Part shown: positions 1 through 9,473 of the stretch, piece by piece
Position numbering within the stretch: position 1 is the first letter of the stretch
Layout of the letters: each line of letters starts with the position of its first letter
Origin: an uncultured virus (IMG/VR IMGVR_UViG_2902975652_000003)
Lineage: Duplodnaviria > Heunggongvirae > Uroviricota > Caudoviricetes
Virus record (IMG/VR): IMGVR_UViG_2902975652_000003
DNA length: 64,000 nucleotides
Direction: 5' to 3' (one strand)
The notes under the pieces: generated by a model
What the model saw: the letters and a program-made list of their open reading frames with translations, nothing else
Databases searched by the model: none
Told to the model about the DNA's origin: nothing
Program-made: the position numbers and the translations under genes

Positions 1-3000
1 ATGCTAAGCGAAGACGATTTAGAACAGCAATGCCTGAAATGGTTTGCTGAACAGGGCTGGGAAGTGCTGCACGGGCCAGACATTGCGCCGGATGGCGATA
101 ACCCGCTACGTGCTTCATTTCATGATGTGTTTCTGCGCCCGGTGATGCTGGAACAGCTACAAAGCATCAACCCCCATCTCCCTGTTGCCGTGCTGGAAGA
201 GGTGATACTGCGTGTCGCCCATGCGCAAAGCCCGGATCTGGTCGTCAGCAACAAAGCATTTCATCATTTGCTGCTCGATGGCGTGCCGGTTGAGTACAAG
301 CGTGAGGATAAAGTCGTTCATGATAAAGCGCTGCTGATGGATTTTAACCATCCAGCCAGTAACCGCTTTATGGTGGTCAACCAGGTTGCCATTCAGGGGA
401 CAAAACAGGTACGGCGCCCGGATGTGATTGGCTATATCAACGGCCTGCCCGTGGCGGTAATCGAGCTGAAAAGCCCCATTGATGCCAATGCTGATATCTG
501 GGCCGCATTTAATCAGTTGCAGACCTATAAAAACGAACTCAGCGATCTGTTTATCTGCAACGAAGCGCTGGTGATAAGCGACGGGCAGAATGCACGCATT
601 GGTTCCCTGACCGCAGATGAAGAACGTTTCCTGCCATGGAAAACCATTTCCAATGAAGACGATAAGCCACAGTTTGACTGGCAGTTAAAAACCGTCGTTC
701 AGGGCTTTTTTAATCGCGAGTTATTGCTCGACTATATTCGCTACTTTGTTCTGTTTGAAAATGATGGCAAACGACTCATCAAGAAAATAGCCGCTTATCA
801 TCAGTTCCACGCCGTGCGTGAAGCCGTCGCAGCTACGATTGTGGCGTCTACCGGCAAACATCTGCCGCTGCGCAGTAACATTACCCCCGGTAGCAAAAAA
901 GCGGGGGTGGTGTGGCACACCCAGGGCTCCGGCAAAAGCATCTCCATGTGTTGCTATGCCGGGAAGCTGCTGCAACAGGCGGAGATGAACAACCCGACCA
1001 TTGTGGTGGTAACCGACCGGAACGACCTCGACGGGCAGCTTTATGCCACTTTTTGTCAGGCGCAGGACTTACTAAAGCAAACGCCATTACAGGCCAATGA
1101 CCGCGACGAATTGCGCGAGCTGCTGAATGCCCGCGAATCTGGCGGCATCATTTTTACCACCGTGCAGAAGTTTGCTCCGCGGGACAGTGAGCAGAGCCAT
1201 CCGGTGCTCAATCAACGCAGCAACATCGTGGTCATTTCTGATGAAGCACATCGCAGCCAGTACGGCCTGAGCGCCACGCTGGACCGTGAAACCGGCCTTT
1301 ATAAATATGGCTACGCAAAACATATGCGCGATGCGCTGCCGAATGCCTCGTTTATGGGGTTTACCGGAACGCCAATTGCCTCGGAAGATAAAGATACCCG
1401 TGCCGTATTTGGTGATTATGTCTCTATCTACGACATTCAGGATGCCGTGGATGATGGCGCTACGGTGCCTATCTACTATGAATCACGCCTGGCAAAACTC
1501 GACCTGAATCATGAGGAGCTCGAAGCGCTTTCGGAGCAGGTCGATGAGTTGGTAGAGGATGAAGAGACAGGGCAGCAAGAGAAAACGAAAGGCGACTGGA
1601 GCCGTCTGGAAAAGTTGGTAGGTTCAGCGCCGCGAATTCAGCAGGTCGCTGCTGACCTGGTTCAACATTTTGAAATGCGCAATGCAGCTATGACCGGCAA
1701 AGCGATGATTGTCGCCATGAGTCGCGATATTTGCGTCAAGCTTTATGATGCTATCGTGGCAATCCGCCCGGACTGGCACAGCGAGGATGTTGAAAAGGGC
1801 GCGATAAAAGTCATTATGACCGGCTCTGCATCGGATAATAATGTTCTCCAGCCGCATATCTATAACAAACAGACCAAAAAGCGCCTTGAATCTCGCTTTA
1901 AAGATTTGAACGATCCGCTAAAGCTGGTGATTGTGCGTGATATGTGGTTGACCGGGTTTGATGCCCCTTGTTGTCACACCATGTATATCGACAAACCGAT
2001 GCGTGGACATAATTTAATGCAGGCGATTGCTCGTGTTAACCGCGTATTTAGGGATAAGCCTGGTGGACTGGTGGTGGACTATATCGGCATTGCGAATGAG
2101 CTTAAGCAGGCGCTGAAAACTTATACTGATTCAAAAGGCAAAGGCCAGACGACTGTGGATGCCAGAGAAGCGTTTGCGGTATTGCTGGAAAAATTCGATA
2201 TCATCCATGGCATGTTTTCCCCCTCAGCAGGAAAACCAGGTTTTAAATACGAGGGCTTCTCTCGAGATCCTTTGGCCTTCTTGCGTGACGCTGTGAACTA
2301 TATTTTGGGACTGGATGAAGGTAAAAAACGCTACCTCGATGTCTCGCTGGCAATGACTAAAGCATGGTCGCTTTGTAATACACTGGATGAAGCGAAACCA
2401 CTGCAAGAAGAGTTTGCCTTTCTTTCTGCAATCCGAGTGGCGCTTCTGAAACTAAATCCGGCAGCAAAGTTTAGCCAATCGGAGAAAAACTCCCTGTTAA
2501 GTAAAATTCTTGATAACGCCGTTGTCGCAACCGGTGTAGAGGATTTGTTTGCCTTGATCGGGTTAGATAAACCTAATATTGGCTTGTTGTCCGATGAGTT
2601 TCTGGAAGAGGTGCGGGAAATGCCGCAGCGAAACCTGGCGGTAGAACTTCTGGAAAAACTGCTTAATGACGGAATCCATGCCCGTTCCGGCAATAACGTC
2701 GTACAGCAGAAGAAGTATTCCGACCGTCTGAAAGCAGTATTGCTCAAATATAATAACCGCGCGATTGAAACGGCACAGGTGATTGAAGAGCTGATTGCGA
2801 TGGCAAAGTCATTTCAGGAGGCGATGGCGCGGGATGAGGCGCTGGGGCTCAACCCTGACGAAATTGCGTTTTATGATGCTCTGGCTGAAAACGAAAGTGC
2901 TGTACGGGAGCTTGGGGATGATGTCCTTAAGAAACTGGCCGTAGAAGTTACATTGAAATTACGCCAGTCAACAACGGTGGACTGGCAAGTGCGTGAAAGC

Positions 3001-3132
3001 GTACGAGCCAGGCTGCGTATCCTCGTTCGGCAAACGTTGCGTAAGTATAAGTATCCACCAGATAAAACTCCTCATGCTGTAGAGTTGATTCTCAAACAAG
3101 CTGAGGTCGTCTCTAACAGCTGGACGATTTAG
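1..3132 (+). CDS. hsdR: Type I restriction-modification endonuclease subunit R
   Basis: 1043 aa; nuclease motif PD..ELK ([20 protein letters not shown]), Walker [13 protein letters not shown] box, MWLTGFD and QAIARVNR helicase motifs. Confidence 0.97.
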   Translation: MLSEDDLEQQCLKWFAEQGWEVLHGPDIAPDGDNPLRASFHDVFLRPVMLEQLQSINPHLPVAVLEEVILRVAHAQSPDLVVSNKAFHHLLLDGVPVEYKREDKVVHDKALLMDFNHPASNRFMVVNQVAIQGTKQVRRPDVIGYINGLPVAVIELKSPIDANADIWAAFNQLQTYKNELSDLFICNEALVISDGQNARIGSLTADEERFLPWKTISNEDDKPQFDWQLKTVVQGFFNRELLLDYIRYFVLFENDGKRLIKKIAAYHQFHAVREAVAATIVASTGKHLPLRSNITPGSKKAGVVWHTQGSGKSISMCCYAGKLLQQAEMNNPTIVVVTDRNDLDGQLYATFCQAQDLLKQTPLQANDRDELRELLNARESGGIIFTTVQKFAPRDSEQSHPVLNQRSNIVVISDEAHRSQYGLSATLDRETGLYKYGYAKHMRDALPNASFMGFTGTPIASEDKDTRAVFGDYVSIYDIQDAVDDGATVPIYYESRLAKLDLNHEELEALSEQVDELVEDEETGQQEKTKGDWSRLEKLVGSAPRIQQVAADLVQHFEMRNAAMTGKAMIVAMSRDICVKLYDAIVAIRPDWHSEDVEKGAIKVIMTGSASDNNVLQPHIYNKQTKKRLESRFKDLNDPLKLVIVRDMWLTGFDAPCCHTMYIDKPMRGHNLMQAIARVNRVFRDKPGGLVVDYIGIANELKQALKTYTDSKGKGQTTVDAREAFAVLLEKFDIIHGMFSPSAGKPGFKYEGFSRDPLAFLRDAVNYILGLDEGKKRYLDVSLAMTKAWSLCNTLDEAKPLQEEFAFLSAIRVALLKLNPAAKFSQSEKNSLLSKILDNAVVATGVEDLFALIGLDKPNIGLLSDEFLEEVREMPQRNLAVELLEKLLNDGIHARSGNNVVQQKKYSDRLKAVLLKYNNRAIETAQVIEELIAMAKSFQEAMARDEALGLNPDEIAFYDALAENESAVRELGDDVLKKLAVEVTLKLRQSTTVDWQVRESVRARLRILVRQTLRKYKYPPDKTPHAVELILKQAEVVSNSWTI

Positions 3133-3139
3133 ATTTACT

Positions 3140-3169
3140 TACAAAAGGGGACCCTCGTCCCCTTTTGTA
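3140..3169. terminator. Bidirectional intrinsic terminator after hsdR
   Basis: Perfect inverted repeat TACAAAAGGGGAC-cctc-GTCCCCTTTTGTA. Confidence 0.8.
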
Positions 3170-3235
3170 TAAGGTGCCTAAAAGGTTCGGATTTAATTAG
3201 TTCTCTTCGGACTTCGCGGGACAAATTGAGGGCAC

Positions 3236-3268
3236 AAAAAAGCCCGCAGGGCTTGCGCCGTGCGGGCT
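3236..3268 (-). terminator. Intrinsic terminator downstream of displaced ssrA 3' fragment
   Basis: Minus strand AGCCCGCACGGCGCAAGCCCTGCGGGCTTTTTT; resembles (from recall) the sequence following ssrA in E. coli K-12. Confidence 0.8.
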
Positions 3269-3318
3269 CTTAGGACTTCATCGGATGACTCTGGTAATCA
3301 CCGATGGAGAATTTTGGG

Positions 3319-3356
3319 GCTGGCGGGAGTTGAACCCGCGTCCGAAATTCCTACAT
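3319..3356 (-). repeat. ssrA: att core, displaced 3' fragment of tmRNA gene (distal att of prophage 1)
   Basis: GCTGGCGGGAGTTGAACCCGCGTCCGAAATTCCTACAT is identical to 36602-36639; its reverse complement is the tmRNA T-arm/acceptor region. Confidence 0.93.
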
Positions 3357-3450
3357 ACCATTATTTGAATAATGAAAACAGCTATTTATCTTTAAATACA
3401 GTTAATTAGTATCATTCGGTGTTTGGCGGTTTTACTCATTTTTAATGCGC

Positions 3451-3471
3451 TGTCGCCACTTTGCCGCCATT
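3451..3471. promoter_or_regulatory. Integrase arm-type sites, prophage 1 left arm
   Basis: TGTCGCCACT and TGCCGCCATT with 11-bp period; same pair recurs at 36528-36548. Confidence 0.7.
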
Positions 3472-5024
3472 ATCCACTAACTAAATTTACACTTTGTTTA
3501 AGCCCTGGAATGTTCTCTGCCATTCGATCAACTAAATCTAAACCTGTTTGCCTGATCATTTCCGACTTTGTAACTTGACCAAAGAATTTTTCGAGATGCT
3601 GAATGAATAAAAATACAGTTTTTGATGGTGTTTTATTCATTTCGGCGGCATACCTTAAAACTTCATATGGTTGGCGACCATACTCTTTACAGGATGACAT
3701 CAGGAACTCAAATTCTTCAATGCTAATGCAAAAAATATTACTATCCGGAATTTGATATGCATCATCGTGATTTTTGCGTATTTTCGAAACTCCTTCAGTA
3801 GCGTATGAGTTTTCTAAAAAAGTGCCATTTCCAAGCATGAGATTTTTATACGTTATGCATAAAATATAAGATTCTCTTTTGAAATCCACTATTAATTCTG
3901 GTGAGTTAAAAATTTCTCTGTTAACAGCGTGTGCTTGCTCGATTGTTTTTAATACTGAATTTTTTATCCTCCCTGATATTTCATTGCGACTGAGAGTAAC
4001 CATGCCTCGCTCATGTATTTCTACCCCTTTCGCATCAATGAATATGTTTGCTTCCTCATGGGGTATTAAAAAATCAACCACTTTGTTTTCTTGCGGTAAA
4101 TGTTTTTTAAGCGATTTCTCAGCAAGGTATCTTATTTTGCTTTCATCAAATATATCCTTTACAATGTTTTCAAATATTGAGCCAAAGCTATCCATAAACT
4201 TTTCAGGATCATCTCTTCTTAATAAGTCATAGATAAATGTTTGAAGGCTTGCTAAGGTCAGTTGAGTATGTATTAATAAAAACTTGTCATTGTACTTTAT
4301 TAATGGTTTCTCTATAAATGGTGAGGGCATGAAGTATTCTTTTAACGGAGTGTCTGTGGTTTTCCTTTTGCAAAACTCAGGTAGCTCATCATAGTTAATT
4401 GATAATGAATCAAAAAATATGAGATTTCTTCTCGGCTTATATATGGTGTTAATATACTAAACATGTCAGCCGTTACTTCTTTTATTACATTTTTTGGGCT
4501 GCTTATTAAGGCGCTAAATACAAGTGATAACATGATAAAGCGTTCAAATGATAAATTCGTTAATTCAAAAAAACGTCTTGATAATTTATGATGGGGATTG
4601 AGTCTTCCGAATATGAAGGCTTCTCTGCTAATGTAGTGACCAGTAGATGAAGTTTGGTACATTAGCTGCTGATATAGATTATTTCTAAAAAAGAAATCAA
4701 TACCATCAGCACTTTTTAAACCAACCGGGATATAAGGCATCACCTCGTATGTTTGTTGTAGGATTTTATTGAGTGTGTGCGTGTTACTTATTTTTTTGCC
4801 TTTTTATCACCTATGCTTGATGCTGCCCATTTGATACATAGATTTACAATCCAAGGGTGATGTTTCAACATGTCTAGATTATCTTTAAATATCTGGAGAT
4901 TATAATCCATACACTGACGAATAAATGTTTCTGGCTGTAATTTTTGGATTGCCGATTTGACAGCTCTCATCTTCATTTTAGATAGGACATCTGAATCTAA
5001 GATCGTTATTTTTTTCATTTTCAA
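3470..5024 (-). pseudogene. Frameshifted ~518-aa cargo gene with C-terminal PD-(D/E)xK nuclease-like motif; candidate anti-phage protein
   Basis: ORFs 4788-5024, 4342-4743 and 3470-4330 join into one frame if one base is added to each of two homopolymers (4791-4797, 4412-4417); motif VVDFLI..NIFIDAKG; AT-rich. Confidence 0.75.
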
Positions 5025-6040
5025 TACACTAAGTTATTAAGAGGGTTTTTCGTCACAGCATCTTCTAGGTGATCTGGTGAAAAATGAGCATAAACCATTG
5101 TCATCTTAATGTCTGAGTGCCCCAGAATATCGCGCAGTACCAGTATATTTCCGCCGTTCATCATAAAATGGCTAGCGAATGTATGGCGCAGTACATGGGT
5201 GCATTGGCCCTGTGGCAAGTCAATGCCTGCCCGCTTAACTGCACGCTCAAAGGCTTTTCTGCATGGCGTGAATAACTTTCCCCGGTTCTTTGGTAGTTCG
5301 TCATACAGAGCCTGCGATATAGGTACAGTTCGGTTTTTCTTGCCTTTGGTTTTGGTGTACGTGATTCGGTATTTCGATAACTGATGGCCCTGCAGGTTTT
5401 CAGCCTCACTCCAGCGGGCACCGGTGGCGAGGCATACCTTTGCGATCATTAACAGGCTGGGGCTTTGAGAATCAGCGCAGGCATCAAGCAGGCGTTTAAT
5501 TTCGTCTTTGGCAAGGAACGCCAGTTCCCCCTCTGCGATTTTGAATGTTGGTAGCCCGGCGAGCGGGTTAGGCGCTGACCAGTGGCCCAGCTTTTTCAGG
5601 GTGCCAAAAACGGATGATAAGTTACGCTGTTCCAGGTTTACCGTGCGGGGCTTTACTGGCGACATCATCGCGCCGTCTTCGTTGCGTACTTCACCTTTTA
5701 ACCGTGCTTCGCGATATTTTGTAAAGTCACCGGCGGTTAACTCAGAGGCGACGGGATCGCCCAGGCCATTGCAGATAATATTCAGTTTCGCCATTAGGCG
5801 CTTCGGGTCTGCGAGCGTCTGGCCGTAAAGGGAGTGCCACTGCTCAATCAATTCTGACAAACGCCGCCGATCTTCCTTTTCACCCAGCCACGGCTTTTTG
5901 TTCACTTCATCCATGGTGAAGTTTTCGAATGCTATAGCCTCGCCCTTTGTCGCAAATTGCTTGCGCACACGCTTGCCGTCACGCCCGTTCGGGTAACACT
6001 CGCACAACCATTTTCCGTTCGGCTGTTTTCTGATGGTCAT
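5021..6040 (-). CDS. int: Tyrosine integrase, P2/186 family
   Basis: TGARWSE, HVLRH, LGHSDIKMTMVY catalytic motifs. Confidence 0.97.
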   Translation of the reverse strand: MTIRKQPNGKWLCECYPNGRDGKRVRKQFATKGEAIAFENFTMDEVNKKPWLGEKEDRRRLSELIEQWHSLYGQTLADPKRLMAKLNIICNGLGDPVASELTAGDFTKYREARLKGEVRNEDGAMMSPVKPRTVNLEQRNLSSVFGTLKKLGHWSAPNPLAGLPTFKIAEGELAFLAKDEIKRLLDACADSQSPSLLMIAKVCLATGARWSEAENLQGHQLSKYRITYTKTKGKKNRTVPISQALYDELPKNRGKLFTPCRKAFERAVKRAGIDLPQGQCTHVLRHTFASHFMMNGGNILVLRDILGHSDIKMTMVYAHFSPDHLEDAVTKNPLNNLVY

Positions 6041-6041
6041 A

Positions 6042-6674
6042 TCAAAGGCTCTTGATGATTTTCAATGCGCGGCCAACAACCTCGATATCATCCAGGCTGC
6101 ACTCAAACGAAGAATCATCTTGATGCACAACTAATCTATTTCCCGGAAGGCGAGTTAGCTTAACAATGCTTTTTATCCCGTCGATATCGACCAACCACAT
6201 CCCATTCACTGGTAGTGTCTGGTTACGGTCAACTAAATATGAATCGCCATTGGTATTTACGAGAAGCAGCTCGCTTGAGTCAGGGGGAAGCAGGCTGCTA
6301 TCAATGATGGCCTTCCCAGCCTCAACCAACGAACCTCCTATAAGGCTAGCTTTGTCGATCTCTGGCGATACAAGCTCAGAAAGAGGTTTTACCTTGCTAG
6401 AGTTCACGAAATTGATACTTTTTTTATCATCAATTTTTGTTCCTGGTTCGCCTTGTCCTGTGGTTAGCCAGAGTAAAGAAACTCCTGTTTCAAGAGCGCA
6501 TTGGATTACCCATTCTGCAGGGAAGCTGTCCCTTAAGTATCTGTTTGCCATAGTGCTTTTAGATGCGCCTAGGTGATCGCATAGCTGCTGTCTGGACTTG
6601 AAATCATAGGCAGCCATCAACCTATGGATAGCCTCTCTACCCCCTGTATTCTCGCCAGTCTTCACCTGTATCAT
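6042..6674 (-). CDS. cI: 186-type CI immunity repressor
   Basis: N-terminal HTH (GGREAIHRLMAAY..RDSFP..ETGVSLLWL), divergent from cox, upstream of int. Confidence 0.92.
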   Translation of the reverse strand: MIQVKTGENTGGREAIHRLMAAYDFKSRQQLCDHLGASKSTMANRYLRDSFPAEWVIQCALETGVSLLWLTTGQGEPGTKIDDKKSINFVNSSKVKPLSELVSPEIDKASLIGGSLVEAGKAIIDSSLLPPDSSELLLVNTNGDSYLVDRNQTLPVNGMWLVDIDGIKSIVKLTRLPGNRLVVHQDDSSFECSLDDIEVVGRALKIIKSL

Positions 6675-6686
6675 TTTTTAATCCCA

Positions 6687-6715
6687 TTGACGTATCAAAT
6701 ATTGGATCGTAGTAT
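6687..6715 (+). promoter_or_regulatory. Early lytic sigma70 promoter (pR/pE equivalent)
   Basis: TTGACG-17bp-TAGTAT facing cox. Confidence 0.75.
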
Positions 6716-6793
6716 CTCTTTTGTTTAAATGTTGAATCGCATAAAACAAGATAAAACGACATAAACCAAACCTTAACTGAGAGATACTGCACT

Positions 6794-7036
6794 ATGAGCA
6801 CTGATATTTCAATTCGTGTACCAAAAGAGATGGCTACGCCTGCAGAGTTCGCGGAATGGGAAGGCATTTCCCGCGGCTCTGTTTATCAAAAAATCCATCA
6901 TGGTCAACTTGCTAAGTACATGGTTAAGAAAGAAAAAAATAAGGGTCGTGTAAGCCTGCGTTACTTAATGTACAAAACCGATCAGGTTCGTGAGTCTCTT
7001 GGTCATTCCAACTTCCGCGTTGTTGTTGGTCAGTAA
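6794..7036 (+). CDS. cox: Cox/Apl excisionase-repressor
   Basis: 80 aa winged-HTH-like, first gene of early operon. Confidence 0.85.
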   Translation: MSTDISIRVPKEMATPAEFAEWEGISRGSVYQKIHHGQLAKYMVKKEKNKGRVSLRYLMYKTDQVRESLGHSNFRVVVGQ

Positions 7037-7068
7037 GTTCAATTATGGGAACTTTCTAAGGGGCTCGC

Positions 7069-7578
7069 ATGTTTGATTATAAGATTTCCAAACATCCACA
7101 TTTTGAAGAGGCCTGCCGGGCTTTCGCACTTCGTCACAACATGGCGAGGCTGGCAGAACGCGCGGGAATGAATGTCCAGACGCTGCGCAACAAGCTGAAC
7201 CCGGACCAGCCGCATCAGCTCACGCCGCCTGAAATCTGGCTGCTTACCGATCTCACTGAGGACTCAACCCTGGTTGACGGCTTCCTGGCTCAGATTCACT
7301 GCCTGCCATGCGTACCGATGAACGAAGTGGCAAAAGAGAAGCTGCCGCATTACGTCATGAGCGCTACTGCTGAAATCGGACGCGTTGCTGCCGGTGCCGT
7401 ATCGGGTGATGTGAAAACCACCGCAGGCCGCCGCGATGTTATCAGCAGCATTAACTCTGTTACTCGTCTGATGGCACTGGCTGCCGTTTCGATGCAGGCG
7501 CGTTTGCAGGCTAACCCGGCGATGGCAAGCGCGGTGGATACCGTGACGGGCCTCGGTGCTTCGTTCGGTCTGATCTGA
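7069..7578 (+). CDS. cII: 186-type CII activator
   Basis: MFDY..LRNKLNPDQPHQL motif; synteny. Confidence 0.92.
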   Translation: MFDYKISKHPHFEEACRAFALRHNMARLAERAGMNVQTLRNKLNPDQPHQLTPPEIWLLTDLTEDSTLVDGFLAQIHCLPCVPMNEVAKEKLPHYVMSATAEIGRVAAGAVSGDVKTTAGRRDVISSINSVTRLMALAAVSMQARLQANPAMASAVDTVTGLGASFGLI

Positions 7579-7585
7579 GGTGGTT

Positions 7586-7786
7586 ATGCTGACTAAAAAA
7601 CCATCTTTCGCGTCACTTCTCATAAAGCAAAGCACGGCAATGCACTACGGTCATGGCTGGATCATGGGGAAAGATGGCAAGCGCTGGCACCCGTGCCGCT
7701 CTCAGGATGAACTGCTGGCTGACCTGTCCACAACCAAACAGGGGAAATCATGGCTATTGAAGGCGCTACGGCGACTGTTCCATTAA
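7586..7786 (+). CDS. DUF2724/Fil-like small early protein
   Basis: HGWIMGKDGKRWHP motif; follows cII. Confidence 0.75.
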   Translation: MLTKKPSFASLLIKQSTAMHYGHGWIMGKDGKRWHPCRSQDELLADLSTTKQGKSWLLKALRRLFH

Positions 7787-8091
7787 GTCCCGGTGAACGC
7801 CTGGACGGCCTGAACCATATTGCGGAATTGAGGGCTAAAGTGTTTGGTCTGAATATTGAGCCGGAGCTTGAAAGGTTTATTAAAGATATGCGCGATCCAC
7901 GCGACGTAAATAATAAACAGAATGAGCGGGCACTGGCAGCCATTTTTTATATGGCAAAAATTCCGGCAGAACGTCACGGCGTCAATATTAGTGATCTGAC
8001 TACTGACGAAAAGCGGGAACTGGTGAAAGCAATGAATCATTTTCGTGCAGTGGTGAGCTTATTTCCCAAACGGCTAACCATGCCGAATTAA
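7750..8091 (+). CDS. DUF5347-like early protein
   Basis: MAIEG..GLNHIAELR motif; synteny in Fels-2-like phages. Confidence 0.7.
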   Translation: MAIEGATATVPLSPGERLDGLNHIAELRAKVFGLNIEPELERFIKDMRDPRDVNNKQNERALAAIFYMAKIPAERHGVNISDLTTDEKRELVKAMNHFRAVVSLFPKRLTMPN

Positions 8092-8158
8092 TCCACGACA
8101 GAAATTAATGGCGTAAACCCGCCGGGCTTCTTATTGCCTAAATTCAGGAGAAACAACT

Positions 8159-8392
8159 ATGCGAAATATTGAAACTCGTACCACTAAAACCGGAGCAGAT
8201 GATGCTGGACTCAACCTGCTGCTGACTGAGGCACGCAAAGAAGAACGCCGGGGACGCGCAGATGTGATGGCTGCGCGTCTGGATTCTTTAGCTGCTCGTA
8301 TCGTGTCACGTCAGCTTAACCACACGGAAGCGGCTGAGCTGCTGCGTCAGGAAGCTGTGAAGATTCAGAACGAAGCGCAGGAGATCCACTGA
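8159..8392 (+). CDS. DUF2732 family protein
   Basis: LLTEARKEER..AAELLRQEA motif; SD CAGGAG. Confidence 0.8.
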   Translation: MRNIETRTTKTGADDAGLNLLLTEARKEERRGRADVMAARLDSLAARIVSRQLNHTEAAELLRQEAVKIQNEAQEIH

Positions 8393-8619
8393 TGGCTGAT
8401 TCAATGGACCTCGTACAGCAGCGCGTTGAAGAAGAACGCCAGCGCCACATCCACACCGCCCGCAATAAAGCGCCGGGCGTTTCTCGTGTTCTCTGCATTG
8501 ATTGCGATGCGCCGATCCCGCCAGCTCGCCGCCGCGCCATTCCGGGCGTGCAGTGCTGCGTCACTTGTCAGGAAATCGCAGAACTGAAAGGTAAACACTA
8601 CAACGGAGGTGTTGTATGA
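8392..8619 (+). CDS. TraR/DksA C4 zinc-finger protein
   Basis: MADSMD..CIDC..IP.ARR..CVTCQ. Confidence 0.9.
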   Translation: MADSMDLVQQRVEEERQRHIHTARNKAPGVSRVLCIDCDAPIPPARRRAIPGVQCCVTCQEIAELKGKHYNGGVV

Positions 8620-9473
8620 GCACTATCCTGAAATGGGCGGGAAATAAAACCGCCATCATGCCGGAACTGATTAAGCACCTTCCTGCTGGCCCGCGTCTGG
8701 TTGAACCTTTCGCGGGTTCATGCGCTGTAATGATGGCGACAGACTATCCTCATTATCTTGTCGCTGATATTAATCCTGATCTTATCAATCTCTATAAAAA
8801 AGTCGCCCTTGATTGTGAAGCTTTCATATCACGCGCAAGAAATATTTTTGCGATAGCGAATAGAGAAGTTGCTTATTACAACATTAGGCATGAATTTAAT
8901 CATTCCTCTGAAATTACTGATTTCATGAAAGCAGTATATTTCCTTTATCTTAATCGGCATGGTTATCGTGGGCTGTGCCGCTATAACTTGAGCGGTCATT
9001 TTAATGTCCCTTACGGTAATTATAAAAATCCGTATTTTCCTGAAAGTGAAATACGCGCTTTTGCAGAAAAGGCTCAACGCGCAACGTTTATCTGCGCCAG
9101 CTATGACGAAACGCTGGCGTTGCTGCAGGCTGGTGATGTTGTTTATTGTGATCCGCCATACGATGGTACATTTAGCGGTTATCACACTACCGGTTTTACA
9201 GAGGACGACCAGTATCATCTGGCGTCTATTCTTGAGCGCCGGTCATCAGAAGGTCATCCGGTTATCGTGTCCAACAGCGACACATCCCTGACCCGTTCTC
9301 TCTATCGTAATTTCTCCCGCTATCGGCTGACGGCAAAGCGCAGCATGGGCGTGGCTGCCGGTGATGGTAAGTCCGCCGTGGAAATCATCGCTGTTTCAGG
9401 AGCTACCCGCTTTAACCGGGTTTATTCCACACACGGGGATGTGTGCTCGGTTATTTTAGAGGTGCGGGCGTGA
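8616..9473 (+). CDS. dam: DNA adenine methyltransferase (orphan)
   Basis: LKWAGNK, EPFAGS, DPPY motifs. Confidence 0.95.
   Translation: MSTILKWAGNKTAIMPELIKHLPAGPRLVEPFAGSCAVMMATDYPHYLVADINPDLINLYKKVALDCEAFISRARNIFAIANREVAYYNIRHEFNHSSEITDFMKAVYFLYLNRHGYRGLCRYNLSGHFNVPYGNYKNPYFPESEIRAFAEKAQRATFICASYDETLALLQAGDVVYCDPPYDGTFSGYHTTGFTEDDQYHLASILERRSSEGHPVIVSNSDTSLTRSLYRNFSRYRLTAKRSMGVAAGDGKSAVEIIAVSGATRFNRVYSTHGDVCSVILEVRA

Noticed and set aside
3319..3356. Complete tRNA or tmRNA gene
   Set aside because: Only the 3' ~40 nt is present here and at 36595-36639; these are att fragments
8616..9473. Phage Dam genes as partners of hsdR or parts of RM systems
   Set aside because: Orphan dam is usual in this position in P2-family phages; type I HsdR needs HsdM/HsdS, expected left of the window
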